Shown piece by piece: positions 20,365 to 30,383 of a stretch of DNA of 64,000 nucleotides; position 1 is the first letter of the stretch, and every line of letters begins with the position of its first letter. A program made the translations under genes and the position numbers. The notes under the pieces were generated by a model. The model had not been told where the DNA came from. It worked only from the letters and a program-made list of their open reading frames with translations, and ran no database searches. The stretch covers positions 800,001 to 864,000 of the forward strand of contig CBDFJF010000002.1 of NCBI GenBank assembly GCA_965248265.1, in the 5' to 3' direction. The DNA is from Candidatus Latescibacterota bacterium. Lineage in GTDB: Bacteria; Latescibacterota; UBA2968; UBA8231.

Positions 20365-21378
20365 CTACCTGTGCAAAGCTGCCAGTTTCGCCGCCAGGTT
20401 ATAGCCCATTTCGATCATGCCGTTGTCGCCGGGGTGGATGAGGTCACCGGTCAAGCCGCTGATGTCCGTGAGCAGCTCTGGACCCTCCACCAGGTGGGCG
20501 TTTCCATGGGGACAAGCCTCCAGTGCCCGGCGCAGTGCATGGCGGTACTCATCCGGAACGCCGCCGTACTCCCCCCCAACGTCCTGGCCGAAATCGCGGT
20601 AATAGGGATACAGCGTGATGCACGCGATCGGACGGCGGGTGTCAGCGCCGGCAATCGTGTTCACGAGGTAGGAAACGCGCGTGTAGAATTCGTCCAGCGG
20701 GAACCCCTGCATGTTGACGGACAGTCCGAGACTCGCGATATGCCAATCGTCTCGCGCTGCGATGTAGTCGGCCAGCTCCGCCTCGCAGTGAGCAGAGCCA
20801 CCCACACCAAGGTTGATTAAATCCGCCCCCAGCCGCCGCGCCGTTTGAGCCACGTAGTTGAGATGAGGACCCTCGGAGAAGAAGCCATGGGTGATCGAGG
20901 TGCCGTAGGACAGGTAGCGCAGAGAGGGGAGCTCGTCGGCTCGAGGCGGCCTGATACCCTCACCCTCGATGCCGTGCAGGTAGACGGGATCCCGCTGCGT
21001 TCCACCGAGTAGTACCCGGTAGACCTTCGGTGAAAAGCTCATGTCGGACCAGTACGCCTGATCCAGCTCTGCCAGACGCGGATTGGCTTCGAGTTCGAGC
21101 GTCTGCGGCTCGGGCCCGATCATGAAGCGCTGCATGTTGTCGAAGAGGCCACAGAAAATGGTGACCTTTGATTCGCCTTCCGACGACAGGGTCAGTCGTG
21201 GCGTGCCCTCGGCGACGAGGCGGATCTCGATGTTGTCCGGCTGCAGCATCCGCATCTGCGCGGTCTCGTTCAAATGTTGGCGGACTTCCTCGGGCACGCG
21301 TTGCAGTCGCAAGCCCGCGACACCGGGAACCGACTGTACATCACCGACGTTGTGCAATTCGATATTGTCGTGAATCAA
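20365..21378 (-). CDS. SGNH/GDSL hydrolase family protein
   Basis: YGTSITHG block I, NLGVGG, SVN, DLIHP (DxxH). Confidence 0.82.
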   Translation of the reverse strand: MIHDNIELHNVGDVQSVPGVAGLRLQRVPEEVRQHLNETAQMRMLQPDNIEIRLVAEGTPRLTLSSEGESKVTIFCGLFDNMQRFMIGPEPQTLELEANPRLAELDQAYWSDMSFSPKVYRVLLGGTQRDPVYLHGIEGEGIRPPRADELPSLRYLSYGTSITHGFFSEGPHLNYVAQTARRLGADLINLGVGGSAHCEAELADYIAARDDWHIASLGLSVNMQGFPLDEFYTRVSYLVNTIAGADTRRPIACITLYPYYRDFGQDVGGEYGGVPDEYRHALRRALEACPHGNAHLVEGPELLTDISGLTGDLIHPGDNGMIEMGYNLAAKLAALHR

Positions 21379-22496
21379 TGAGTGCCTTCCTGTGCGAATA
21401 TCGCTTGCATGGTGGTCTCATTCAGGGTGTTCTTGACCGTCAAGCCAAATTCAGTCAACACGGTCTGGGAGCGGCCCGCAAACATACGTGGGGTCCACTG
21501 GTGATCCCATACCCAGGCGGTCCATCCAAGCCCGCGTTCGTCGCAGTAGTCAATCAAGGGTTGCGCGTATCCACGCACCGTCGCCGGGTGTTCATCTCCG
21601 AAAGCCCATTCACCCACGAACACCGGATAGCTCTCCAGCAGTTCGTCGACGACGCTCATCCAGCGATCGGAGACCCAGGGATACGGGTGGATCTCGTAGA
21701 CGACGTTGGCGCGCCGCACAGGGTCGGCGGCGATGCCGGACAGGTCGCTGGCGAAATTGACCCCGGATACCGTGACCAGGGCGCGCGGATCAATATCGTG
21801 AATGGCGTCGACGAGTTCCTCCGCCACCGGGCGCCAGTCCCGCCAGCTGATGAAGGCGGGTTCGTTGAAGGAACCATAGATAACCCAATCCATGTCGTGG
21901 TAGCGGTTGATGATGGCGGTGAGCGCGTCGATGGCGAGTTCGCGGTCTGGGTTGTACGGGTTACCCTGCCACGGTGCCACGAAGGCCCATGGGGTGTCCT
22001 CGACCTCGAGCGTTATGGGATTGCCGTGCGCATGGTACCCCAGGAAGACGTAGATGCCGTATTCGCGACCCCAATCGACGATCGGATCGACGTACCTGCT
22101 GAGGTACAGCGGATCGGAAGCGTACAGCTCTGGATGGATTGGCACCCTGATGATGTTGGCGTTCCAGTCTTCGGCCAACTCCCGAAAGTGACTCTCGCCG
22201 ACACGACGGCTACCGAACCGGTAGTCGTGCCACAACAACGGATCGATGACGGCGACGCCTCGCAGGATTCGCACATTACCCTCGGCGTCGACAATCTGGT
22301 TGTCTTGGACACTGAGACGAGACAGGGTGCCCGCGTCCGGTGGAGAACCATTGAAGGGCCCCAGCCCTGCCGGGTTGGAAGAGTCGCAACCAGCTACTGC
22401 CAGAGGGGCCACCAGGCAGAGCAGCCGGCTGAAGATGGCACACTTCGCTACGCAAAGTGTGGTCTGGGTCACACATGGGGACGTGGCCAAGATCAC
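21375..22496 (-). CDS. Glycoside hydrolase family 5 (cellulase-like), probable lipoprotein
   Basis: LRGV, NIIRVP, NEP acid/base, YEIHPY, PVFVGEW nucleophile, GWTAW; lipobox VAGC. Start uncertain. Confidence 0.82.
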   Translation of the reverse strand: MILATSPCVTQTTLCVAKCAIFSRLLCLVAPLAVAGCDSSNPAGLGPFNGSPPDAGTLSRLSVQDNQIVDAEGNVRILRGVAVIDPLLWHDYRFGSRRVGESHFRELAEDWNANIIRVPIHPELYASDPLYLSRYVDPIVDWGREYGIYVFLGYHAHGNPITLEVEDTPWAFVAPWQGNPYNPDRELAIDALTAIINRYHDMDWVIYGSFNEPAFISWRDWRPVAEELVDAIHDIDPRALVTVSGVNFASDLSGIAADPVRRANVVYEIHPYPWVSDRWMSVVDELLESYPVFVGEWAFGDEHPATVRGYAQPLIDYCDERGLGWTAWVWDHQWTPRMFAGRSQTVLTEFGLTVKNTLNETTMQAIFAQEGTH

Positions 22497-22588
22497 AACA
22501 TCCTAGTGGCCCACGTCACTGCTCCCGGAGCCTCGAATCCGTACTCTCTCTGGGGTAGTTTGTTCATCGGTTTCCAGGAGAAAGAAAC

Positions 22589-24235
22589 ATGGACTGGATC
22601 ATTATCCTATTGATAGCCGCTGGTGCCGCGGCAGGTGGTTTCATCGTGTACAAGCGCAGGGCACCGAAAAAGAGCATGGTCCCCAGTCGAGTCGTCCAGA
22701 AGTTGGTCAAACTCGATCCGACTTCGGTATCGGTGGAAACGATCGCTACCAATGTACAAACTGACACCACCGCTGCGCATGGAAGCCGTGGCGGTGTCGA
22801 CCGCACGTCGGTCGGCTCAGCCTCACTGCTGCGCAGCAACCGCAAAATATACAGAGACAAGAAATACTTCTACATGACGACGCCGGACAAGCTCAAGTCA
22901 TCGGGCCAGGCGGACTTCAAGGCCGAAGGTGAGACGGTGCGCTTGAGCTTCGTGCGCCGGGGCGTCCCGCACTCGGTTTCTTGCCGCACGGCCGGCAGGA
23001 CCAAACTGACTCCAGAGCTGACTGAGTTGATGGATGCGCCGGTCAAGGTGGCCTACAAACTCTACCCGGTCGGGCGGATAACGAAGGAAGAGAAGCGCTC
23101 TTTCCTGCGGTATCTCGTCAATTCGACGGACGACAACGCCGCGGACAGCGCAGGAGAGACGACGTCATACGTTTCCTTCGACGTTTTTCTGCGACGCTCG
23201 GACAAGAGGGCAAGGAAGAGTACGAACACGGTGATCACCGATCTTCGAGTGGCCAATTTCAAGAATTCTGGCCGTTCGCACTTCAACGTCCATACCGTGA
23301 TCAATCAGTTTAGGGCCTACATGCTGATCAAGCCCTTCGATCAGCGCAAAGTCCAGGTCGAGAAATTGGCCGATCGGGAAACCCTGGTCGGCAAGATCCG
23401 GACACAGCTCCACCAGCCAGCGCCGAGCTGGACGGTCGAGTTGCTGGACCTGGAAGATGATGTCTCCCTTGACACGTTCTGTATCGAGCAACCCGGCTGC
23501 GGTGAGCGGCGAAGCGGACACCGGACAGCGCTCAATCCTGAGGACCGGGTCCGCATTTTTTTCCAGCGCAATGGCAAGCGTTACGAGATGGAAGGGGAAG
23601 TGGACCAGATCGGGGCTCAATACGCCGCCATCAGACCTGTTGGACCGCTGACCGAGGAGACCGGACTCGAGGTCTCCGTCATCGACTTCAGCGCCGGCGG
23701 TGCCCTTCTGCAGGGTAGCCGCAAGATGCTCGAATTCGTCCTCAACAAACGGATCAAGGCCAGGGAGATGTCGAGCGAGCATCCGGCTCACGAGGATCTG
23801 CTGCGCCGCTTCAAGCGGCAACTCATCCACTTCACATTCTATCCCAAGCTGCAGTTTCCGAATGTGGCCAAGCGCTTTCATCCTCGCATCCCCGAAAAGA
23901 TCTGTCTCCTCGGTCGAGTCATACGGTCGGAGTTCGTCCGCCGCCGAGGCAAGGAGGTGCTTCAGTACGGGATCCAGTTCGTCCATGATGCCCACTACGA
24001 CGCAGAGGCCGAGGGGTCGACTGCCTGGCAGCCGATCAGGGCAGGTCACGGAGAGCGCCATTTCAACGAGATCCATGCCAAGCTGGGACGGCTCAGTGGC
24101 TTTCTGGAAAGCCAAAACCGCGATGGCGGCAGCACCAGTGGATTGACCCAAGAGGTTCGCGATGACAGGGTCGCTCTAGTCGTGAACAAGGGAGCCTCAA
24201 CGGTGGAGCAGCGACGCAAACGCGCCAATTCCTGA
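22589..24235 (+). CDS. Membrane-anchored hypothetical protein with PilZ-like motifs
   Basis: N-terminal TM helix; EKRSFLRY (RxxxR), IDFSAGG (DxSxxG), GRVIR..YGIQF; AGGAG RBS. Confidence 0.55.
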   Translation: MDWIIILLIAAGAAAGGFIVYKRRAPKKSMVPSRVVQKLVKLDPTSVSVETIATNVQTDTTAAHGSRGGVDRTSVGSASLLRSNRKIYRDKKYFYMTTPDKLKSSGQADFKAEGETVRLSFVRRGVPHSVSCRTAGRTKLTPELTELMDAPVKVAYKLYPVGRITKEEKRSFLRYLVNSTDDNAADSAGETTSYVSFDVFLRRSDKRARKSTNTVITDLRVANFKNSGRSHFNVHTVINQFRAYMLIKPFDQRKVQVEKLADRETLVGKIRTQLHQPAPSWTVELLDLEDDVSLDTFCIEQPGCGERRSGHRTALNPEDRVRIFFQRNGKRYEMEGEVDQIGAQYAAIRPVGPLTEETGLEVSVIDFSAGGALLQGSRKMLEFVLNKRIKAREMSSEHPAHEDLLRRFKRQLIHFTFYPKLQFPNVAKRFHPRIPEKICLLGRVIRSEFVRRRGKEVLQYGIQFVHDAHYDAEAEGSTAWQPIRAGHGERHFNEIHAKLGRLSGFLESQNRDGGSTSGLTQEVRDDRVALVVNKGASTVEQRRKRANS

Positions 24236-24327
24236 GGCCTACGACGTCGGCCCCGTGACAGCTCCTTGCGGTGGGTCGCGCTTGAGACTAAATACTCACG
24301 CGATTGATAACACCACAGGGAGGAAGC

Positions 24328-26595
24328 GTGCTGCTGACGAGCGGACAGCCGGACAAGGCACAGATCCACCACAATCCGGAGATGTCCGACTCTGAACGGG
24401 CCCGGCGCTACGGGACAATCTCGTGTGATGGCCCATCCCGTCTACGCGTGGCGACCTTCACCACACTGCGATTCCTCTACAAGGCAGGAGACAGCGGAAT
24501 CGCATCAGGTGGACGCTTTCGAGTCGCCTGGCGGTGGCCTTTCGACTGGCATGAGCTGCAGACGGAGGAAGCAGCAGCAGCTGGTCACATGACGGTCCGG
24601 GTGTTGGGCGCATCCGGCGGCAGTAATAACTCATCTGTCGCCATCGCCCGCGAGCATACGTGGAATTTCGATCCGTGGAATCATTTTACAGAGGTCGTCG
24701 TCGATGAAGGTCGTCTCGAACCTGGCGATCGCATCGAATTGATATGCGGTGATCAGTCCCAGGGCAGTCCCGGCTGGCGGTCGCCGACGTTTGCGTGCAA
24801 GGCCGCACGTTTTCTGGTTGCCGTCAATTTGGACGGCGGGGATCGCGATTGGTATGAGCTGAACGAGTTGCCAGGTATCGCGGTCGAGCCGGGCGAGCCC
24901 ATGGCTCTCGAAGTCGTGGCGCCATCGCTGTGCATCGCCGGCGAGCACTTTGAGCTGCTGACGAAGGCCCTCGACGCGTGGGGCAACCCGACGGCCTTGC
25001 GTGGCGAGACCGAACTGTCGTTGGCGCCGGCGTTGGACTCCTGGTCTCATCAGTCGGTTGTTGAATCCAATCCCCCCGTTCGTCTACATCAAACCAAGAT
25101 TGACACCGCCGGCATCTTCCGTGTTTGCGCCAGGGCTGCCGGTGCCGCTGGTGATGAGCTCCTCGCTACCAGCAATCCGATCACGATCGAAGCACAGGCA
25201 CCCGATGGGCGACGACTGTTCTGGGGAGACATTCACTCCGGACAGACCGAGGTCGGTTGCGGCGCCGGGAGTCTGGCCGATCACTATCTTTATGCCCGCT
25301 ACGCCGCCGGTCTCCAGTTTACGACGCAGCAATCCAACGACCACTACGTGACCACACATACGTGGCAGCAGATCCATCGGGATACGCAGGAAGCCCACGA
25401 GGACGGTGCCTTCGTCACTTTTCTGGGATGCGAGTGGAGCCCGCTGACTCCTGTGGGTGGAGATCGCAACGTCATCTACAGGGATTTCGAGCAGGACCTG
25501 CACCGCTCGGGCCGGTTCTTCACCGAACGGGAGCCCGATCCAGTGACGGACCTGCCCACGGCCCCCGAATTTCACGAGATGATGAGAGAGCGGTCCGTGT
25601 TGGTGAACATGCATGTGGGTGGACGCCCGACCAACCTAGACTTCCACGAGCCGAAGATCGAGCCGCTGGCAGAGATCCACTCCACTCATGGCACCTCCGA
25701 GTGGTTCGTGGAGGATGCTCTGAACAGAGGCTACGTGGTCGGAATAACGGCCGGCACCGATGGAGTCACCGGGCGTCCAGGAGCTGATCACCCCGGGTGG
25801 CGCCAGTGCCGGAATCTGCACAACGGGCTCACGGGTCTGTATGCCGAAGCCCTGACCCGAGAAGCGGTATGGGAGGCGTTGTCGGCCCGGCGCTGCTATG
25901 CAACCTCGGGGGCGCGAATCCGGTTGTGGATGGAGGCCGACGGGCATTCGATGGGGGAATCATATGAGTCTGTTGAACCACCTACGTTGAAGGCATCGGT
26001 GGACGGCACGGCGGCGATCGAGCGGATCGATGTCCTGCGGGGCAGCGAGGTTGTGTCGCGGTACGCGTTCGCGGAACCCGGCCCGGTAGAGCGTATCAGG
26101 ATACTGTGGAGCGGCACCGAGACACTTGGCACGGCGCGACAGCAAACGGTCAGATGGGATGGCCGGCTCGAGATGACGGACGGATCCATTCTCGCACTGC
26201 GGCATGTTGGCGATCAGGCGGCCGATGATGAGTTCATGGTGGAGTCAGGCAGGTCTGTTTCATGGCGCACCGCCACCGCCGGGAATCGAGCCGGCATCGT
26301 GGTGGAGGTCGAAGGGCAGGAAGGGACAGAATTCCAGTTCAGGTCAGAGCAATGCGAATTCGCCTTTACACTGAGGCAAGCCCGTGAGGGTGTAGTCCAG
26401 CAAGCGGGGGAGTACCACAAGCAGGTCGAGGTGTCCACGGCTCCGCGTGAAGACGGTCCCAGTCATGCTGAGATAACGTGGAACGAAAGGGAAGACGTCT
26501 GGGGAACCCAACCGTACTGGGTCCGGGTCACGCAAATCGATCAGCAGGTGGCATGGAGCAGCCCAGTCTACGTGACTAGGGATCAATCTGAGTAA
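24328..26595 (+). CDS. DUF3604-like PHP-fold metallohydrolase
   Basis: FWGDIHS, NDH, GCEWS..GGDRNV, EIHSTHG, AGTDG..GRPG, TREAVWEAL.ARRCYATSG, YWVRVTQ..AWSSPV. Confidence 0.75.
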   Translation: MLLTSGQPDKAQIHHNPEMSDSERARRYGTISCDGPSRLRVATFTTLRFLYKAGDSGIASGGRFRVAWRWPFDWHELQTEEAAAAGHMTVRVLGASGGSNNSSVAIAREHTWNFDPWNHFTEVVVDEGRLEPGDRIELICGDQSQGSPGWRSPTFACKAARFLVAVNLDGGDRDWYELNELPGIAVEPGEPMALEVVAPSLCIAGEHFELLTKALDAWGNPTALRGETELSLAPALDSWSHQSVVESNPPVRLHQTKIDTAGIFRVCARAAGAAGDELLATSNPITIEAQAPDGRRLFWGDIHSGQTEVGCGAGSLADHYLYARYAAGLQFTTQQSNDHYVTTHTWQQIHRDTQEAHEDGAFVTFLGCEWSPLTPVGGDRNVIYRDFEQDLHRSGRFFTEREPDPVTDLPTAPEFHEMMRERSVLVNMHVGGRPTNLDFHEPKIEPLAEIHSTHGTSEWFVEDALNRGYVVGITAGTDGVTGRPGADHPGWRQCRNLHNGLTGLYAEALTREAVWEALSARRCYATSGARIRLWMEADGHSMGESYESVEPPTLKASVDGTAAIERIDVLRGSEVVSRYAFAEPGPVERIRILWSGTETLGTARQQTVRWDGRLEMTDGSILALRHVGDQAADDEFMVESGRSVSWRTATAGNRAGIVVEVEGQEGTEFQFRSEQCEFAFTLRQAREGVVQQAGEYHKQVEVSTAPREDGPSHAEITWNEREDVWGTQPYWVRVTQIDQQVAWSSPVYVTRDQSE

Positions 26596-26606
26596 GGCAG
26601 CGTCCT

Positions 26607-27542
26607 ATGGGGGAAACCATGCTGGCATCAACCGAGCAGATCGACACCGGAGAATTCAAGCGGCAGAAGGACCACTTCACGGGGTGGGTCAAGGCGGATG
26701 GCTCCACTGAGTATCCTGCCGAAGCCGGGCGATATCACCTATATGTTTCGCTCGCATGCCCGTGGGCACACCGTACCGTTATCGTGCGCAAGCTCAAGCG
26801 TCTCGAGGAGGTTGTCGGCATGACCGTCGTCGATCCGATCCGGGACGATGAGGGATGGGCTTTTCGCGACGGGGAGGGTTATTCGGAGGATCCGGTCAAC
26901 GGCTTCAAGTTTCTGAGTGAGGCGTACCGGTCGACGGCACCGGATTACCTGGCGCGTTTCACGGTACCGGTGCTGTGGGACGTGCAACAGGCTCGCATCG
27001 TCAGCAACGATGATGACCACATCATGCGCATGTTGAACAGCGAGTTCGATGCGTTCACGGACAGCGATCTCGATCTGTACCCGCAGGCCTTGCGGGTCGA
27101 AATCGATAGCGTCAACGACCTGGTGTTCCCGAACGTCAACGACGGAGTCTACCGGGCGGGATTCGCTACTACCCAGCCGGCTTATGAGCGCGCCGTGACC
27201 AGGTTGTTCGCTACCCTGGACGACCTGGAGGAGCGTCTTTCAAGCCAGCGTTATCTGGTCGGCAGTCAGATCACGGAAGCCGACTGGCGACTGTTCACGA
27301 CCCTGGTGCGCTTCGACGCCGTGTATTTTGTCCATTTCAAGTGTAACGTGCGGCGGATCTGTGACTATCCCAATCTGTGGGGTTACCTGCGGGACCTCTA
27401 CCAGCAGCCGGGCATCGCCCAGACCGTGAACTTCGATCACATCAAGCGTCACTATTACTTCACGCATGACGATATCAATCCGTATCGAATCGTTCCGGTA
27501 GGCCCGGTGCAAAATTTTCTTACACCTCACGGGCGGGGATAG
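26607..27542 (+). CDS. Glutathionyl-hydroquinone reductase (Xi/omega-class GST, YqjG/ECM4 family)
   Basis: RYHLYVSLACPWAHR, TVPVLWD, NDGVYRAGF, TLVRFD.VY, HIKRHY. Confidence 0.92.
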   Translation: MGETMLASTEQIDTGEFKRQKDHFTGWVKADGSTEYPAEAGRYHLYVSLACPWAHRTVIVRKLKRLEEVVGMTVVDPIRDDEGWAFRDGEGYSEDPVNGFKFLSEAYRSTAPDYLARFTVPVLWDVQQARIVSNDDDHIMRMLNSEFDAFTDSDLDLYPQALRVEIDSVNDLVFPNVNDGVYRAGFATTQPAYERAVTRLFATLDDLEERLSSQRYLVGSQITEADWRLFTTLVRFDAVYFVHFKCNVRRICDYPNLWGYLRDLYQQPGIAQTVNFDHIKRHYYFTHDDINPYRIVPVGPVQNFLTPHGRG

Positions 27543-27550
27543 CTTCGCTT

Positions 27551-27753
27551 TGGTGCCCTGTCACGGAAGTATTCTTGTATTCGGCCGCCGATTCATCCCG
27601 ACCTGCTGCGTGGGACCGAACTCTTAGAGTTCGGCCTCGTCCCTGAGCGCGCTCAATCGGCATATCCCACCGATATGCCTCACTCGCGCGCCTTGCAGGC
27701 CGGCCGACTCGGCGCCCTCATTTTCACAAGCCTACTTCCGTGACAGAGCACTA
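27551..27753. mobile_element. MITE-like element, 203 bp
   Basis: 21-bp terminal inverted repeats TGGTGCCCTGTCACGGAAGTA / TACTTCCGTGACAGAGCACTA (19/21 match); internal hairpins; no long ORF. Confidence 0.65.
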
Positions 27754-28497
27754 AAAGTTCAATCCAAGACTCGCGCCGATGTGCAGATCGTTTTTTTCGA
27801 CCCCGTCTGGTGGCTCGGTGTCGAGGCGGTAGCGTAACGAGGTCGTCTGCTCGAGCGGCCCGATGATGGTGGTCGAGACTTCGAAATCGCCCAGTACTCT
27901 GGCGTCGCTCGGTTCCCTTATATCAAACTGGACGTAACCGGTGAAACGTGCGGTGGCGTCACCCCGTGCGGCTTGCAGGTTGACGTAATTGCTCGAGCGG
28001 ATGACCGACGTGCCATCTGGATGACGTGCGAATTCGGGCACGTCGATCCGTTCGTACTCCCACATCAGGCTGTTTCCGATGGAAAGGGCGAAGGCTTCTT
28101 GGTTGCGGATCACGGTACGCAGTCCGCTGCCGAAGAGCACACGGCTGTCCAGTTGTCGGGGGGCGGCGTAATCCGACTGCGCAAAGATCTCCAGTTGAAA
28201 CCGGCGCGGCGCGATCCGGGAGTAGCGCAGGTGGCCGAGGCCCTCGTTGGAAAAACGCTCCCCGCTGGCGAAACCGAGCAACCCGCGCCCGACGAAGAGC
28301 AAGCTGTAGGTCCCGGTCGAGTAGGTGATGTTGGCGGTGGCGCCGCCATCGAAGAACTCGGAATTGCCAGTGGCACCACCTGAATGCACGTTGACCTTAC
28401 CTGTGACACCGGGTCTACCCCGGTACAGCTCGATGTTGACCTGAGCTTCAGCGGTCGCGACTATCCCCAGTGTGCAAGCGATCATTAGAGCCTTCAT
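27751..28497 (-). CDS. DUF481-like outer-membrane beta-barrel
   Basis: Signal peptide, QVNIE N-terminus, GNS..F, HLRY, C-terminal GLNF. Confidence 0.7.
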   Translation of the reverse strand: MKALMIACTLGIVATAEAQVNIELYRGRPGVTGKVNVHSGGATGNSEFFDGGATANITYSTGTYSLLFVGRGLLGFASGERFSNEGLGHLRYSRIAPRRFQLEIFAQSDYAAPRQLDSRVLFGSGLRTVIRNQEAFALSIGNSLMWEYERIDVPEFARHPDGTSVIRSSNYVNLQAARGDATARFTGYVQFDIREPSDARVLGDFEVSTTIIGPLEQTTSLRYRLDTEPPDGVEKNDLHIGASLGLNF

Positions 28498-28637
28498 ACA
28501 ACGACCTTCCTTCCGTGCTGTACATCGACGTTTACCGGAAACCTAAGGCATGGCGGTGGCCATGACACACCGGGTCCTCGTGACCCAGGCCGACCTGCCC
28601 ACATTGACGACCATCCCGTCTTCAAACGATCAAGCCA

Positions 28638-29933
28638 TTGGCACGTAACAGGGTGTTCTACGGCTGGTGGATCGTCACCGCCGGCGCTGTCGTGGAGATG
28701 TTGTCGGGTGCGCTGCTGTTCCATGCCTTCACCGCTTACGTGTTGCCGTTGCAGGCGGAATTCGGCTGGAGCAAGACCCAGGTAGCGCTGGCCTTCGCGC
28801 TACAACGCCTGGAGAGCGGAATCCTCGGGCCGTTACAAGGCTGGATGGTCGACCGCTACGGTCCGCGCCTGATGATGTCGATAGGCATCATCATCTTCGC
28901 CGGTGGATTCGCTCTGTTCAGCCAGGTACAGTCGCTGGCCGCGTTCTACATCGCCGCCCTAGTGCTGGCCCTCGGATCCAGTCTTGGCGGATGGATGCCG
29001 ATCATCGCCTCGGTGACTAACTGGTTCGTGCGCCGCCGGGCGACGGCCATGGGCATCGTCATGTGCGGAATAGGGGTCGGTGGCTTCACGGTCCCGGGCG
29101 TGGTGTGGGTCATCTCGAACCACGGTTGGCGTACCATGGCGCTGCTGTCAGCCGGGCTGATCTTGTCGCTGGGCCTGCCGATCGCGCAAATCATGCGACA
29201 CCGGCCCGAGCCTTATGGCTACGCACCGGACGGAGTCGAGGAGGCATCGACGCGGGGGTGGGAGGTGGAAACCGGGCAGCGGCCGGCCAGAGCTCCCAGG
29301 TTGAGCGAGCCCGACTTCACGGCGCGTGAAGCCATCGCGACGCGATCGTTCTGGATGCTGATGCTCATCCACAGTACGGCCGTCGTCTCAGTCACCTCCA
29401 TCCTCGTGCACCAGATTCCGCACATGGTAGAGGGCGTCGGCTTGAGCGATGCAATAGCCGCCTCGATCGTTGCCGTCATGCTGGCTTTCATGATCATCGG
29501 CCAGTTGTTGGGTGGGGTTCTCGGTGACCGCGTCGACAAACGCTATCCGATATTCGTCGGCCTGTGGATGCACATGGTAGGCCTGTTGTCGTTCGCCTAC
29601 GCCACCTCTGTCACGGGCGCGCTCGTTTTCGCCGTCCTCCACGGCCTCGCCTGGGGCACGCGGGGTACGGCCATCAACGCGATACGAGCCGAGTATTTTG
29701 GGCGCCGAGCCTTCGCCACTATCAGTGGTTACGCGTCGCTGCTTATCATGGTGGGTGCGACGGCCGGACCCCTGTTCTGCGGGGCCGTCTTCGACTACAC
29801 AGGCAGCTATCGATTCGCTCTTGTCGGACTGGGGATCATATCCGCAGCGGTATCGATTGCCGTGTTTTTTCTGAAGCCGCCTTTGCAGCCGATGAGGACG
29901 ATACTCAAAAAAAATCCCGCGCCCGTGTCCTAA
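28638..29933 (+). CDS. MFS transporter (OFA/MCT-like)
   Basis: FYGWWIV, GWMVDRYGPR, WFVRRR, YFGRRAF; 12-TM pattern. Confidence 0.9.
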   Translation: MARNRVFYGWWIVTAGAVVEMLSGALLFHAFTAYVLPLQAEFGWSKTQVALAFALQRLESGILGPLQGWMVDRYGPRLMMSIGIIIFAGGFALFSQVQSLAAFYIAALVLALGSSLGGWMPIIASVTNWFVRRRATAMGIVMCGIGVGGFTVPGVVWVISNHGWRTMALLSAGLILSLGLPIAQIMRHRPEPYGYAPDGVEEASTRGWEVETGQRPARAPRLSEPDFTAREAIATRSFWMLMLIHSTAVVSVTSILVHQIPHMVEGVGLSDAIAASIVAVMLAFMIIGQLLGGVLGDRVDKRYPIFVGLWMHMVGLLSFAYATSVTGALVFAVLHGLAWGTRGTAINAIRAEYFGRRAFATISGYASLLIMVGATAGPLFCGAVFDYTGSYRFALVGLGIISAAVSIAVFFLKPPLQPMRTILKKNPAPVS

Positions 29934-30006
29934 TCGGAGACCTCTTGTTCGTCATAGGGGTGAATACTCGCATACAGTACACGACACCACACCAGACAGG
30001 AGTAGA

Positions 30007-30372
30007 ATGATGACCGATTTTCTTATCATTTTCGAAGGTGGCGACAAGGAGTGGATGGAAACGGCGACCCCTGAACAGATGCAGGAAGTGATGCAGGAAT
30101 GGGGTGCCTGGTTCAAGCAGCTCGAGTCGACGGGTAATCTGCGCAACCCGGGGGCACCGCTGGCGAACAACGGCAGCATCTTGTCCCGGAACGGTGACGG
30201 CATCGCCACGGACACGACGATGTCTGAGGTCAAGGAGTTGATCGGTGGCTACTCAATTATCGCCGCTGAATCACTCGAAGAGGCGACCGAGTTGGCCAAG
30301 GGTGCTCCCTTTCTGGCCAGTGCGGATGGCGGCCGAGTTCATGTACGGCCGATCCTGGAAATGGGGGGGTAG
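30007..30372 (+). CDS. YciI/DGPF-like protein
   Basis: WGAWF, G.PL, EVKELIGGYSII.AESLEEA.ELAK..P, VHVRPI. Confidence 0.85.
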   Translation: MMTDFLIIFEGGDKEWMETATPEQMQEVMQEWGAWFKQLESTGNLRNPGAPLANNGSILSRNGDGIATDTTMSEVKELIGGYSIIAAESLEEATELAKGAPFLASADGGRVHVRPILEMGG

Positions 30373-30383
30373 GCTTCAGTCCA

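Noticed and set aside
21168-22613. Long antisense ORFs (e.g. 21168-22613 +, 10879-12039 -, 48079-49188 -, 53643-54689 -)
   Set aside because: They shadow well-supported genes on the opposite strand, which is expected at high GC, and carry no recognisable motifs.
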